A DNA stretch of 63,853 bases, counting the filler, from Reclinomonas americana ATCC 50394 (Eukaryota): NCBI GenBank assembly GCA_048213135.1. It is 5 parts of 3 records of this genome, joined end to end, with 100 filler letters (N's around TTAATTAATTAA, not from the genome) between each part and the next. Parts side by side here need not be neighbours in the genome. Positions count along the whole stretch, not along the records: positions 35,032 to 48,294 come from PS015095.1; positions 48,395 to 59,497 come from PS015095.1; 3 more parts are not named here. The stretch is one strand, 5' to 3'. Each line of letters starts with the position of its first letter. The first letter of the stretch is position 1. The notes below the pieces were generated by a model. That model was not told where the DNA came from. It saw only the letters and a program-made list of their open reading frames with translations, and did not search any database. This document shows, in pieces, positions 35,796 to 48,491 of the stretch. The translations under genes and the position numbers were made by a program.

Positions 35796-37486
35796 ATGTT
35801 GCCCGCTGTGTCGCGGAGTCTCCTCCTTCAAAGAGGCTCACTGGTGTCACATCAACTGCGATTCAAGTCGCTGGTTTATGTGAGTGAGTGTGTGTGTAAT
35901 GTGCTCTGTGAGAGCGGGCATGGCTCACTACACACACACACACGCACACAGCGCGCTGGCGATCGATCCGGAGTCGGTGCAAACATCGTCAACTCGTCGC
36001 ACGCGAGCACCGCCTCTAGTCCGACTGCGTCGGGCTTTCAACGCAAGACACCGCTCTTTGTTCCGGTCAGCAGCTCACACACACGACTGACTGACTGACT
36101 GCATCAGCGGTGGTATGGTGGCTCACTCGTGTGTGCGTGTGCAGGGTGAAACCATTGCCTCGCGCGTGAAGATTGTCGAGGTTGGTCCGCGCGATGGCCT
36201 GCAGAATGAAAAGGTCAACTTGACACCGGAGCAAAAGATCCAGTTCGTCAACATGCTCTCCGACACGGGTCTGTCGGTGATTGAGCCGGGGAGCTTTGTG
36301 TCGCCTACGTGGGTGCCGCAGGTGCGTGTTCCTCCCCTCAGCGATCGCGTGACTCNNNNNNNNNNNNNNNNNNNNNNNNNNNNNNNNNNNNNNNNNNNNN
36401 NNNNNNNNNNNNNNNNNNNNNNNNNNNNNNNNNNNNNNNNNNNNNNNNNNNNNNNNNNNNNNNNNNNNNNNNNNNNNNNNNNNNNNNNNNNNNNNNNNNN
36501 NNNNNNNNNNNNNNNNNNNNNNNNNNNNNNNNNNNNNNNNNNNNNNNNNNNNNNNNNNNNNNNNNNNNNNNNNNNNNNNNNNNNNNNGCTGGTGTGAGTG
36601 AGTGACGCGTCGTGGTTGGCATTAGATGGCCAACACCAAGGCTGTCATGGAGGGACTGAAGCGCAAGTTTGGCGTCGAGTATCCGGTGCTGACGCCAAAT
36701 CTGCGCGGTCTGGAGGATGCTATTGCTGCCGGCGCGTCGGAGGTGGCCGTGTTTGGTGCGGCCTCGGAGTCGTTCTCGCGCAAGAACATCAATTGCTCGA
36801 TTGATGAGTCGTTTGAGCGCTTCCAACGAGTATGCGACGTGGCGCTGCAGCGCGGTATCAAGGTGCGCGGCTACGTATCGACGGTGGTCGGTTGCCCCTA
36901 TGAGGGTCCAGTGGATCCGAAAAAGGTGGCCTACGTAGCGCGGCGACTGTACGAGATGGGCTGCTATGAGATCTCGCTCGGCGACACGATTGGTGTCGGC
37001 ACGCCGGGCACGGTGGCCACCATGTTGCTGGAGGTCACCAATGTGGTGCCGATTGAGATGCTGGCCGTGCACTTCCACGACACGTACGGACAGGCGCTGG
37101 CAAACATCCTCACGGCGTTCCAAGTTGAGTCGGTCTCTCGATCGATGTNNNNNNNNNNNNNNNNNNNNNNNNNNNNNNNNNNCTTCGTGCGCCATTCTGT
37201 GTTGCTGATCTGTGTTGTGTTGCAGATGGGTATCTCCATTTGTGACTCGAGTGTGGCGGGTCTCGGCGGCTGCCCGTACGCCGCCGGCGCCTCGGGCAAT
37301 GTGGCCACGGAGGACGTGGTCTACATGCTCAACGGCCTCGGCGTGAAGACCGACGTGGATCTCAAGGCGCTGATCGCCGCCGGTGACTACATTTGCCAGC
37401 AGCTGGGCAGACCCAATCGGTCCAAGGTGGCACTGGCGGCCCTCGGCGGCGCCAACACCTTCAGTCTGAAGTGTGGAATTCAGTAA
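35796..37486 (+). CDS. HMGCL: hydroxymethylglutaryl-CoA lyase, mitochondrial-type presequence
   Basis: [52 protein letters not shown] and [19 protein letters not shown]. Confidence 0.95.
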
Positions 37487-37552
37487 TCAACTCTGTGGTG
37501 TGCGGGCGTTGTTTGTGATTTGATCTAGGTGTATTGATGACGATGATGATTA

Positions 37553-38994
37553 TTATCCTTGACGGTCACGCTCTCGCGCGGCTTTCTGCTTCTCCTCTTC
37601 TATCCTCTTAAGCTCGGCAGTGAGCATGGGATCACCTCGTGATGAGTACGGGTCCAGCAGATAGCCAAACTTCTCCGGATGCGCCATGGCGTACAGTGGC
37701 GCAAACATGGGGTCCTTGGCCGTCGCCTTGCGCCCGTGTCGCACACCGTTGAACCAGGTGCCCGTCTGGCGCATGCCCACAAAGCGCGTCACATCATTGT
37801 TCTCCGGCGTGTCCAGCTCAATGTGCGCAAATCGTTGCAGCTTGTGGCGAATGCCCATCAGCGGCACGCACCACGAGGCGTGCCAGCCGGCCCACTGGCT
37901 GTCATCGCCGACCTTGCCCTGGTCCTCCAAATCGAGTCCCACTCGCCGCACTTCGTTGGTGGCGTTGTTTCGCTTGAAGACCTCGCCTGCACGGATCACC
38001 GCCGCCGACTCCCACAGCTTCTCGGTGGTCCACGCGAACGTCAGCAGCACCCATTTCATGCGCAACCGCAACATGGGCGGGTAGCCCACGTGATGCTTGA
38101 GGAACTGCACGACGCGCGCGTCGGGGATCTCATCGACATCGCTGACGAGCACCAGATCGTCGCCACGAATATCGGTGCGAGCAAAGCCACGCTGCCCGAT
38201 GGCATCGCGGAACAGCACCTCGTTCTCCCAGTACCTGCGCGGGTGGAGCGATGAGGGAGAGAGGGAGAAGGAGGGTAACGAGTGAGCGATCGCAACTGAA
38301 AGTCGGGGGCCGGCGCGTCCACCACCACATGCACGATCTTGTGCGCAAACGCCGCAAAGCGCTCCCGGTTCTCCATGAAATGCAGTGGTTTCGACGCGTT
38401 GCGCAGCGTGTACGGCGACTCCACGAGAATGTGCACATCGACGACACTCTCCAGCTCATGCAAGCGTATCTCCAGCAGATCGAGCTCATCGTTGAACATG
38501 AACCCGTCAAAGACTCGCACAGGCGCCTCCGATGGCGATCGCCGTCGCACGGTGCGATCGGCAAACGATGGATTGTATCGCCGCTTGAACTCTGCATCAT
38601 CAAATGAGGACACGCACAGAGAGAAAGAGAGAACGTCACCATACCACACACCTCGCCACGACATCGTTCCTGTGCGTTGCAAGCGCGATCAGTCAACTGT
38701 CACACGTGTCGCGCTCTTCGCACGCACACACGCACCTGCGACTCTCTGCTCCTGCCACGACTTGGTCAGCTCCGCCAGATCGACGCCCATGCGCTCCAAC
38801 AACGCCTCATCTTGCACGCCACCAGCGCGCGCCCACGCCGCTCGCGACTCCTCGGTGGAGACATTCGCGCGCGGTGCACCGACCGACGCCATTCGCAGCA
38901 GCGACGCTAGAAGCGACAGCACAAACACCGCACAGAGAGTGCCACCAGTGGCGAAGACGCACGTGCGAAGAACGCGAACCCTCTGCAACGACAT
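37553..38994 (-). CDS. GT17 family (MGAT3-like) beta-1,4-GlcNAc transferase, type II membrane protein
   Basis: N-terminal TM segment; FDGFMFNDELDLLEIRLHELESVVDVHILVES, SDVDEIP, AGWHASW and KLQRFAH. Confidence 0.85.
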
Positions 38995-39194
38995 TGCGTG
39001 GTGGAGAAAAACGAAATGCGAACGTCGACGTCGCGCCTATACAAACAGCAACTCAGGCGCAAACAATGGCGTTTTCGCAGTTGCAGCTGTGTATGTGTTG
39101 TTGTCTACTACGCTGCCAACCTGCAGAACCTGTTGCTTTGTTGTGATCGTCCTTTTACGCTGCAGTCAGTCCCTCGCTTTGTTCGAGATTGTGA

Positions 39195-41425
39195 ATGGTG
39201 TCACTGCTTGCGCGTCGCCTGGTGCTTCGATGCCGGCGTCTATGGGTGTCCTCGACTCGGCGACAGCTTGTGGTGGCCGCTGCAGTGGTGTGCACTGTGT
39301 TGCTGCTGTTGATGGTGGTGTGGCGCAGACGCCCTGCTGGAGGCTTGGTTGCTGTGTCGCCTGGTGGTGGTGGTGGTGAGCGACGTGGAGGCGCGTCTGC
39401 GGCCTCTGCGTCGGCGGTGTTTGAGAAGTTGGCGGCGGGTGGGTATCGCTCATTATACGACGAGGCCGATGCGACGATTGTTTCGTGGATGCAAGCAACA
39501 GTTGCAGAGAGACTGGGTGTGTGCTTACTCTTCTTCTGTGTGTGCAGCATCGATTGGAGCTGGAGGTTGCGCAGTTGGCGGAGACGCTGGAGGATAGGGA
39601 GATGGAGCATCGGAGAATGCGCAAGGAGTATGCATGGCTGTTTGAGGAGGACAAGGCGCTGCAGCAACAGGAAGCAGAGGCTGCGCGGCGAAGAGAGGAG
39701 GAAGAGCTGCAGCAACAGCAACAACAGCAACAGCAACAGCAGGAGGAGCAAGCAGCAGATGAGGAGATGCAGCAGCAGCAGCAGGAGGAGCCGCAGGAGC
39801 CGGTTGTCGAGCTGGACACGGACGACACGGATCTCACCGGCGATGGAGTGAGTGCGTACTTTAGCGAGGTGTCGTCGCCGTTGGAGGTCACGCGACGCGT
39901 CGGCGGTGTCACGAAGCACGAGGAGGCGTGCGATGCGGGTCTTGGATTCGGGTTCTTGCGACGGTGGTGGTCCAACAAGCGGGCGCTGTGCACGCCACCG
40001 CGCACGCAGCCACGTGGCTTTCTGCATTCGCGATTCACCTGTCACGATGTGTATCAGGCGGCGCGGCCACGCGTCGACTCGTTCTGCCACTTGTCGGATG
40101 CCACCATTGACTTTGGCAAACTGCAGCGCGGCGGCAAGGGCGTCGAGCTGAACTGCGTGTGGTCGCCGCAGATGAGCGAGGCCAAGGTAACGTGCTTCAT
40201 TTTCTTGAGTGAGAGTGTGTCTGTGGCCAATCCGGCGCGCGCGTCTGCTGCAGTGGACGTGGGTTCAGTTGGAGCGCTCAGTGGACTACATCACGGGCTC
40301 GAAGCAACCGCTCGGCGACACGTGCACGGAAACCGTCGAGCACCCGGTGCTGCTCGTCACTCGCGAGGAGGGCGACAATTACTTTCACAGTTGCGTGGGA
40401 GTGAGTGTTGCTGCTGCAACGTCGTGGCGCTCACGTCGGTGTGGTGGCGCAGAAATGGCCGAGTTCCTCAACGCCTACATGGCCTACCTGATGGCCGGCA
40501 TCAATTTCCTCGAGCCGCAAGTGATTATTGCGGATTCTGTGCGTTCCTGCTTGACCACTGCTCTCCCCCCCCGCTCGCTGCTGCGAGACTGACACGCCTC
40601 GTGCAGTATCCCGACGGCAACTTCTTCGAGCTGTGGCAACACCTGTCGCCCGGCGGTCCCGTGTTGCGTCTTGCCGACGCCGTCAAGACGTACGGCACCG
40701 GTCGCGTGTGCTTCAAGAAGGTGCTGCTGTCGATCCCCGCCCCCTCCAGCTTCATCTGGCAGGATTTGTGGCGACCGGCCGAGTGTGCGGAGAGCGCCGT
40801 GCTGCAGGCCTTTGTGCGTTTCATGCTGCGCCGTCTCAAGCTGCTGGATGCGAATCACGTGCGAGCCGACGCGCCGCTGCGCATCACGTTTTCCCGACGC
40901 AACTACAAGCCGGGCCAGTTCATCTCGCGCGTCATCACCAACGAGGAGGAGATTCTGCGCATCATTCGGGCCACCACACACGCCGTGGTGACCGAGGTGG
41001 ACTTTGGCGAGATCACGCTGGCCGAACAGATGCTACTGGCTCGGCAGACCGACCTGCTGGTGGGCATGCACGGAGCCGGCATGACGCACGTGCTGTGGAT
41101 GCCGGAGAACGCCGTGGTGCTGGAGTTGTTCCCGTTGAACTTTTGGACGCAGACGGCCATGCGCAACTTGGCGCGATGGACGCACAAGACGTACCTCAAC
41201 TGGCGCAACGTACACGAGGACAAGCATCACGTGCGCTCCGACCTCAAGCCCGTCGACCCGCCAGTGCACACCGAGGTCGACGCTGGCGAGTTCCGGGAGG
41301 TGTTTGACGCTGCGGTGCATCTGGCCCGCATCCAGCAGGGCCGTCGCGGTTTCTGTGGCATCGACTGCGCCCACAACGAGGCGACGACTGTCGACTGGGG
41401 TCTCACAGAGATTGGTGCCAGGTAG
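39195..41425 (+). CDS. GT61 family (EOGT/DUF563-like) glycosyltransferase
   Basis: N-terminal TM segment, coiled-coil/polyQ stem, NYFH motif, RVITNEEEI, and TDLLVGMHGAGMTHVLWMPENAVVLELFP. Confidence 0.85.
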
Positions 41426-41524
41426 TAATTAACGAACAACAGCGAGTGAGAGAGAAGAGAGGAGAGAGGAGAGAGATTGTATTAGAAACAAATGTGTGTG
41501 TCTAGGTGGTAGGGTACAAGGGGT

Positions 41525-42630
41525 TCATTTGGCGGCGGGCAGCTTGCGGAACACGCCGACCCAACAAGGCGGCACGCCACCGGCGCGATTCGCGTACCCC
41601 GGCGTGGTGTCAAACACCGACTCGGTGAGCGACTCAAGTGCGAACAGGCCCGTGTCGACAAACTCGCGCAGCAACTCGCGCCGAGCCACCACCGGCGTGC
41701 CATCCGCACCCTCGTCGTCGCCCTCCATCGGCGAGAACTCGGCATCGGTGCGTCCGGTCAGCGAGAAGAAGATACCGTCGGGTCGCAACAGCGAGTGCAG
41801 ATGGCGAATGGTCTGCCCGACGCACACAAGTCAGTGCGACGATATCGATGGAAGAGAAGCGATGCATGTACTGCACCTCGTATTCATCAAACTCGCGACG
41901 CAGCACGTGGTAGCACTGGCAGTCGTAGATCATATCGAACTGGCCCTCGCTGGTCGGCGGCGACGGCCACGTGCGTTGCGCCTGCGCTGTCATCCCACTG
42001 CACGCCAACGTGAGACACGCACTCCAGAATACGTACAGTGTAATGCAACAATCAGGTACGCAACTCATACCACGGAGCCGTATCGTAGGAGACGCCCGCC
42101 GGCAACATCATTACATCGGCCACGAGAAAGCGGACCTTGTCAAAGCCATACGCCTCCGCTTGCTCCCTACGCGTGCGCGGACATGAGTGAAGAAGGCAAA
42201 GAGAGAATCGTCATTGCTCCCACTCACCTCATTCCCTCCAGTGGTTCCTCACACAGATCGCACGCCACCACGCGGTATCCACAGTCAGCCAAGTACAGTG
42301 AGGTGGAGGCAGTGCCACAACCTAACGAAGCGATCGATCAGCGATTGATGATCGATCATGTCAAATTCTTGTGTGAGGAAGCGCGCACCAATCTCCAGCA
42401 CTTGACTGTCGGGAGGCAGTGGGTGCTGGCGAATGTAGTCGACCATCTGTGAGGCTGGACGACCAGAGTCCCACTGTGTGTGTGAGAGAGAGAGTGAGAG
42501 ATCGAGTGTGAGCAAGTGATCTGCATTCTCTCACACACGCACACACCGGCGTGGTGCGCTTCTGATACAAGTCGTGCCACTTGGCGAGACCCTTGCGTCG
42601 CACGTGGCTGGAGGCGGCCGCGCTTGCCAT
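41525..42630 (-). CDS. class I SAM-dependent methyltransferase (TPMT/thiol-MTase-like)
   Basis: W..LY...TPWDSGRP, VLEIGCGT, VVACD, FDMIYDCQCYH and LLRPDG. Confidence 0.75.
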
Positions 42631-42903
42631 GTCTTCTCTCACACAAAGGGGGAGAACGGGTTGGTGGTCGAGCCGATGGACCGTGGACTCGAACTTCAAC
42701 CATGAAGTGATGGTGATCATCATGCAGCTGCTGCTGCTGTTTGGATTAGTAAAGTAATTGTGCCACCTGAGGGAGTGCACGCCATACGGGTGCGTCTGTG
42801 TGCAAGGGACCCGGAAGTTGTTCCGAGCTATTAATATTTTCGCTTTTTTTCGTGTTTCGAGGAGCAAAGACACTCCACGAGTTCAAGTACCACAGAGAGG
42901 GAG

Positions 42904-45900
42904 ATGGAACTGCTCGCGTCTCCTCCTGTGCTCTTCACCGCAGCTGCGCTGCTCCTCAGCTCCGTTCTGCTGTGGATTTTCAATCATCGTCGGCGCCGTG
43001 CATGCGCAGCTGTTCAGCCAGTTCCGCATGAGGACGAAGATCAACAACAACTGTTCCCATACCTGCATCACCTCCGCGTCCTCACACAGTGCATTCTGGC
43101 CAGTCACGTGGCTGACCTGCACTCGCAACTCAGTCTGCTGCTGAAGTTGGACGATTCCGCTGCGGTGGATCCACTCACGGCACTGCTGCGCTTCCGCACG
43201 GCGCGTGAGCGACCGAATGAGGAGAATCACAGCACGGGCGGTGGGGAGACTCTGCTGATGCTGGCCGCGCGGCATTCGCCGGCGTGTCTGGCCACCCTGC
43301 TGGATCGCCTGCGACAATACGATCCGCGCGTGGTGACGGAGGCTGTGACGGCCACCACGTGGCAACGGTGGACGCCGTTGCACTATGCGGTGCTGGGCGG
43401 GCATGTGGAGTGCGTGCGACAGGTGCTTGCAGCGGCGCCCGACGCCGATTTGGCCAGTGCGGCCAATGGCAATGGATGGACGCCGTTGCATGTGGCGGTG
43501 GCGCGGGGGGATCAGGAGATCTTTGATGTGCTCATGGTGAGTCTTCATGGCCAGGGAGGGGGCGGTTCGCTGCGACAGCTGTCGCTGATCATTGCTAATT
43601 ATAATAATACCATTTGCAGGCGTGTCCTCGGATCTCGGTGAACACGACAACTGAGCGCGGCCAGACAGCGCTTCTTATCGCTGCCAACAATGGTCATGAT
43701 CATATGGTGGTGGAACTGTTGCGGCGAGGGGCGAACCCGCGACTGGCCACCGATCAGTCGCTGGAGACGCCATTGTATGTGGCAGCGTACAACGGTTTGT
43801 ACCTGTGCGATGCTGCTTCCACTGCGTTCAGCGCTCATTGCCTCCCACCACCTGCGCAGGTCGCGTTGGATGTGTTCGAGCCCTGTCGGAAGGCGTGGAC
43901 AAGGAGACCGTAAGCGAGCTGGTGAATATTCCGAATGCGCAGGGCGCCACCCCGCTCCACGCCGGCTGCCTCCGTGGCAGCCTGGAGGTGACCAAGATTC
44001 TGTTGGAGCACGGCGCCGATGCGACGCGATGCAAGCGTGACCGCAGCACTCCGCTTACAGTGTCGGCGGTGCGCGGCCACACTGAGATTGCTCGCTTGTT
44101 GCTGGAGTATGCCGGTGACAGTTTCGACGCTCGAGCGCAGCTGTGCGCCGCCGGTGAGTTTCATGGCCTTGCTTGACCGCTGAGTTGCTTTCCTTCTGAC
44201 TTTGAGTCTCGATGACAGCCACCTGCTTTGGCACCACCGCCCTTCACGAGGCGGCGGCAGCTGGTCATGCTGATTTGGTGCAATTGTTGCTGGACTTTGG
44301 CAACGCCGATCCGCTCTCGCGTGACAATGACGGCATGACGGCCCTGCATTCGGCTTGCAGCGCGGCCGCCACTCAGCGAGCCGAGTTGGAGAATCTGGTG
44401 GCCTCGATGCGCTGTCTGCTCACTCGCACGCCGGTCGACACGGTGGACTACTCGCGCTCGACACCTCTCATGATCGCCGCCTGCATTGCCGGCCCGCGCG
44501 GACTGCAGCTGGCACGCCTACTGCTGGAGGCCGGAGCGAATGTGTTTGCTGAGAGTGACCAAGGCTGGAATGCTATGCACATGGCGCACTCGATGAAGCA
44601 CACCGAGACACTGTCGGTGCTGCGCGCCGCTGCCGAGGCCACCGCGCCCGACCAACTGGCCCTCTTTGACCCGAACAAGGCGCGCCGGGCCGTCTCGCGG
44701 CCACCGGCCGCTGCCATGCGTCTGTCGCTGGAGCAACGCAAGTCGGTGTTCCAAGGTGAGCGGCCGTCTCTGGAGGCGGTGGCGGAGCGCATCAAGAGCG
44801 GGCGAACGTCGCGTGTGCTGCTCATGTTTGGGGCCGGCATTAGCACGGCCGCCGGCATTCCCGATTTCCGCTCGGCCGACGGGCTGTACTCGGAGGCTGG
44901 GGCGCGAGAGTTTGGAGTGCCGCCGGGTGGGTCGGTGTTTGATCTGGAGTCCATGACGAGGGATCCGCGTCCCATGTGCCGATTGCTGAGGACGGTGTTC
45001 TTGCCGGTGGTGAGGGGCAGGATTCGGCCGACGCTGGCGCACTGGTTTGCGAGGCTGTTGCAAAACAAGGTAACTTGTTGGAGTGTCCAGTGCCCAATTG
45101 TTCTCTCCTCTCTCTAGCTTTCTGCCTCTCTGCTGGTTTGACTGTTTGTTTGTCTTCCTCCTACTTCTCTCTTCTTGCAGCCTTCTGCGGTCTATCTGCA
45201 AGTCCTCATTCCCCTCCCTTTTCTCGTCCAGGGCATTCTTCGCCGAGTGCATACCCAGAACGTCGACCTGCTGGATCACGTGACCGGCATCCAACAGGAC
45301 CTGCTCGTGGAGGCCCACGGGTCACTCTGCACTGCCTACTGCTACAACGAGGCGTGCTCTTTCCATGGCCAGCGACTGGCACCGCTCGACATTCAGGCAG
45401 CAGTCAGGCAGTCGGCACCTCACGAGGACAAGAATGTCACGTGGAGCAAGGAGGCCCCCGCCGCCGACATGAGTGAATTTTGGGAACGACTGGAGGCCGG
45501 ACTGGTTCCCGTCTGTCACCACTGCCACCGGTTACTCCGACCCGATGTCACCTTCTTTGGAGAGGCGCTGCCGAATCGCTTTGCCGAGACGAGGGTGGCC
45601 GACACGTCGCCGGCCGGCAAGGTGGATTTGGTGATGTGCATGGGCAGCAGTCTGCAGGTGACCATTTGCACTATTATTGATCAGTGTTTTGACTGAGGGG
45701 GATTTCGACGCTGAACAAAGGCACTTGTCCCTCTTCCGCCAGGTGTATCCGTTTGCCGGTCTGCTGAACGAGTTCGACCCACTTGTGCCACGCGTTCTCT
45801 TCAATCGCGAAGCAGCCGGTCCCTTCCGCGATCTGGCCACCAACCCGGTGGAGCTCGACTCGGAGTGGACGCATCACTACCGTGATCTGCAAGTTCTCGG

Positions 45901-46012
45901 CAACTGTGACGATGCCGTGCTGCAGTTGTGCCGCTGCCTCGGTTGGGAAGACGAGTTGCTTGAGCTGGCTGGCCGTCGCGATCGACATGCAGACGTCGAC
46001 GCAGCCAAATGA
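42904..46012 (+). CDS. ankyrin-repeat plus class I sirtuin (Sir2) fusion protein
   Basis: Hydrophobic N-terminus and about 9-10 TPLH-type ANK repeats, then GAGISTAAGIPDFRS, TQNVD, EAHGS, four Zn-binding Cys, PDVTFFGE and GSSLQVYPFA. Confidence 0.9.
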
Positions 46013-46332
46013 ATGACACGTGTTTTGCATATCAAAAAGAATACGGTTGAACTTGGTCATCAAGACAGCTGTTGCTTGTTTGTTGGTGAATGAATTGTTG
46101 GCGGTCTGTCGACGTTTTCGAGTCAATCGAGAATGAGACACACACAAGTACCTGCGTGAACATGAGCCCGATCACAGGCGGGGAGGAAGCGAAAGTAGGT
46201 GAATCAACATCAAGGCGGCATCGCAGCGATTGAGCAGGAGCGGCAGTGCGATTTGATGTTCATTACACACGCTGCGATCAAGAGAAAGGCGGGAGTGCTC
46301 GCAGCGCATTTCCTTTTTAAGTCGGCTCAAAC

Positions 46333-47079
46333 AATGTCTGGCGGCGCCGGCGGCAACCGTAGACCTGTGCGCGCTCCGTCTCAGACGGCGCCTGGCGCGC
46401 CCATGTCATCAGCAGCACCACAACCGCCACCTGCAGCGTCGTCCGCAGCCGCAGGAGCAGCAGCAGGGCCCGGAGCTCCGAGGAGGGGTGGAAGGACAGC
46501 TGCAGCTGGTGGCAGTGGTGAGACGACACTGGTGCGTGCTCTCGTAGGAAGGCCACATGCACCCTTACAGTGAGAGAGCAAGAGAGAGTGCCTTTGCTTG
46601 TGTATGTGTGTATGTGTGCGACATTTCCACTTGGTTTGTTATGCACTTGGCTGGCCACGTGCCACTTGGCAAGTGAGATTGCGTTATGTGTATGTGCCTC
46701 GATGCGTGGTTGGCGTGTGCGTCGGTGCACAGCCGTCGATGGTGTTGTCGTGTTTGAGGACATTGCGCGCGCGTGTGTGTGTGTTGTTCCGCGCTCTCTC
46801 TCTCTTGCTTGTCGCTTTCACTGTATGTGCGTGTGTCGCTCATGAGTGGTCTCTCAACGTGCAGCAAAGTCTCGATGCGGTGGCGGCTGCCATTCAGGTA
46901 TGCACGTCTTTGGACAGTTTGCCAGAATAGTTTGACTGACTGTGTGTGTTGTTGTCGCACAGACGCTGCGCAGCAAGAACCACGCGATTGAATCGTTGCG
47001 CGCTGTGTGTGTGTGGAGGAGTGACGTAGTTTTCTTGATTACTCATCAGCTGTCGGCGTGCGCTTGCAGATGCATCCAG
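46333..47079 (+). CDS. syntaxin-7/Pep12-like Qa-SNARE, N-terminal exons
   Basis: MSGGAGG...QQSLDAVAAAIQ|TLRSKNHAIES|CIQ, which continues as YIGTAKD on the reverse strand from 48294. Confidence 0.65.
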
Positions 47080-47188
47080 NNNNNNNNNNNNNNNNNNNNC
47101 AGCTCACACAAAACAAGACACACACACACACACACGCACGCACACACACACATACTGTTTTAGGGAAAAATGAATACCTCTCGCTGGT

Positions 47189-48294
47189 TTAACGGAGACC
47201 AAAGCCGAGACCAGTGGCCAGCGCCACAATCGCCACAATGGCCACAATACAGATTACGCAACACATCTGCAGACGCGCCGCCGCGCGCTTGTCAGACTCG
47301 CAGAGCACATCATCAACGACACACCCATACGTATACACACACCATCTTGCGGGATTTCTTCTGGTACGTGCGCGCCTTGTCGAGTTCTATGACGCCGGCA
47401 TTTGTGTCCTTCACCGCCAGGTCAATGTTGTCGGAGACCGATTGCACCATGGTGCCCTGATGCATCACCGACGAGCTCATGTCCTCAAACAACTCGGCCA
47501 GCTCTGCACACGGTCGACGTTGAGCCACTGCCACACACAGGTGTGCTGTGCTGCAAGAACGCACCCTCAAAGTCGGTCTCCAGCTGCTGCAACTCGTGCA
47601 GGCGCTCCCGCTCAATGTCGTTTTGTGTCTCCACACTGCACCACCGAATGAGCACCACGAATACACCCCATGTCGTAGTGCGCAAAATCAAGGGACGCAC
47701 GAAGTCATGTCGTACTGCTGTCGGGCCAGCAACCTCTGCTGTTGCACCTGCTGCCTGCCACCGCCCTGCTCCACATCGTCACCGGCCGAATCCAACGACC
47801 CCAACAACGGATCCTTGGCTGTGGGAGCTTGGCACCACGGCACAGCTTGCGTGAGTGACACTGTATGCCAGCACCGCATCCCACAAAAGCAGGAGCAGAA
47901 GCAGCAGAAGCGCGATTGCTACACAAACCTCGCCCCGACTTGCGCGGTGCTCCCGTGCTCGACGCCGATCCCAGCGAGGCTGTGCCCGACTGCTCGGCTT
48001 TCCGCTCCACGCGAATGCACTCCTGCACCGCCGTCCGCAATCGCTTCATCTCTGTCTCGTACTCCTGCAGCAGCTTGCGATGCCGCAAGTCTGCCGCACC
48101 CTTCGGTCGCACCGTCGTCTTGAACGCTGCGCACAGCCCAACAACACTTGAGCTCCCCGGTTCAACACTGCATACATCTCCGCGATCAACACACACACAC
48201 CATTGGTGATGTTACGAGTGAGCTCCTCGGCCTCGTGGCGACTGCTCATGAGGCGCTGTCGAAGCTGAGCATTGTCCTTGGCGGTGCCAATGTA
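47189..48294 (-). CDS. syntaxin-7/Pep12-like Qa-SNARE, C-terminal exons (misoriented contig)
   Basis: IGTAKDNAQLRQRL; SNARE motif ERERLHELQQLETDF..LAELFEDMSSSVMHQGTMVQSVSDNI; C-terminal TM segment. Confidence 0.85.
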
Positions 48295-48394
48295 NNNNNN
48301 NNNNNNNNNNNNNNNNNNNNNNNNNNNNNNNNNNNNNNTTAATTAATTAANNNNNNNNNNNNNNNNNNNNNNNNNNNNNNNNNNNNNNNNNNNN
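48295..48394. other. artificial 100-nt scaffold spacer
   Basis: N44-TTAATTAATTAA-N44. Confidence 0.95.
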
Positions 48395-48491
48395 TCGGTT
48401 TATAGCCGACGTAAAAAACAACAAAGATTTTTTACTCGATACACCAACGCCGTCGCGCAGCAGTGGGCCAGAGAATCACGCCACACACATC

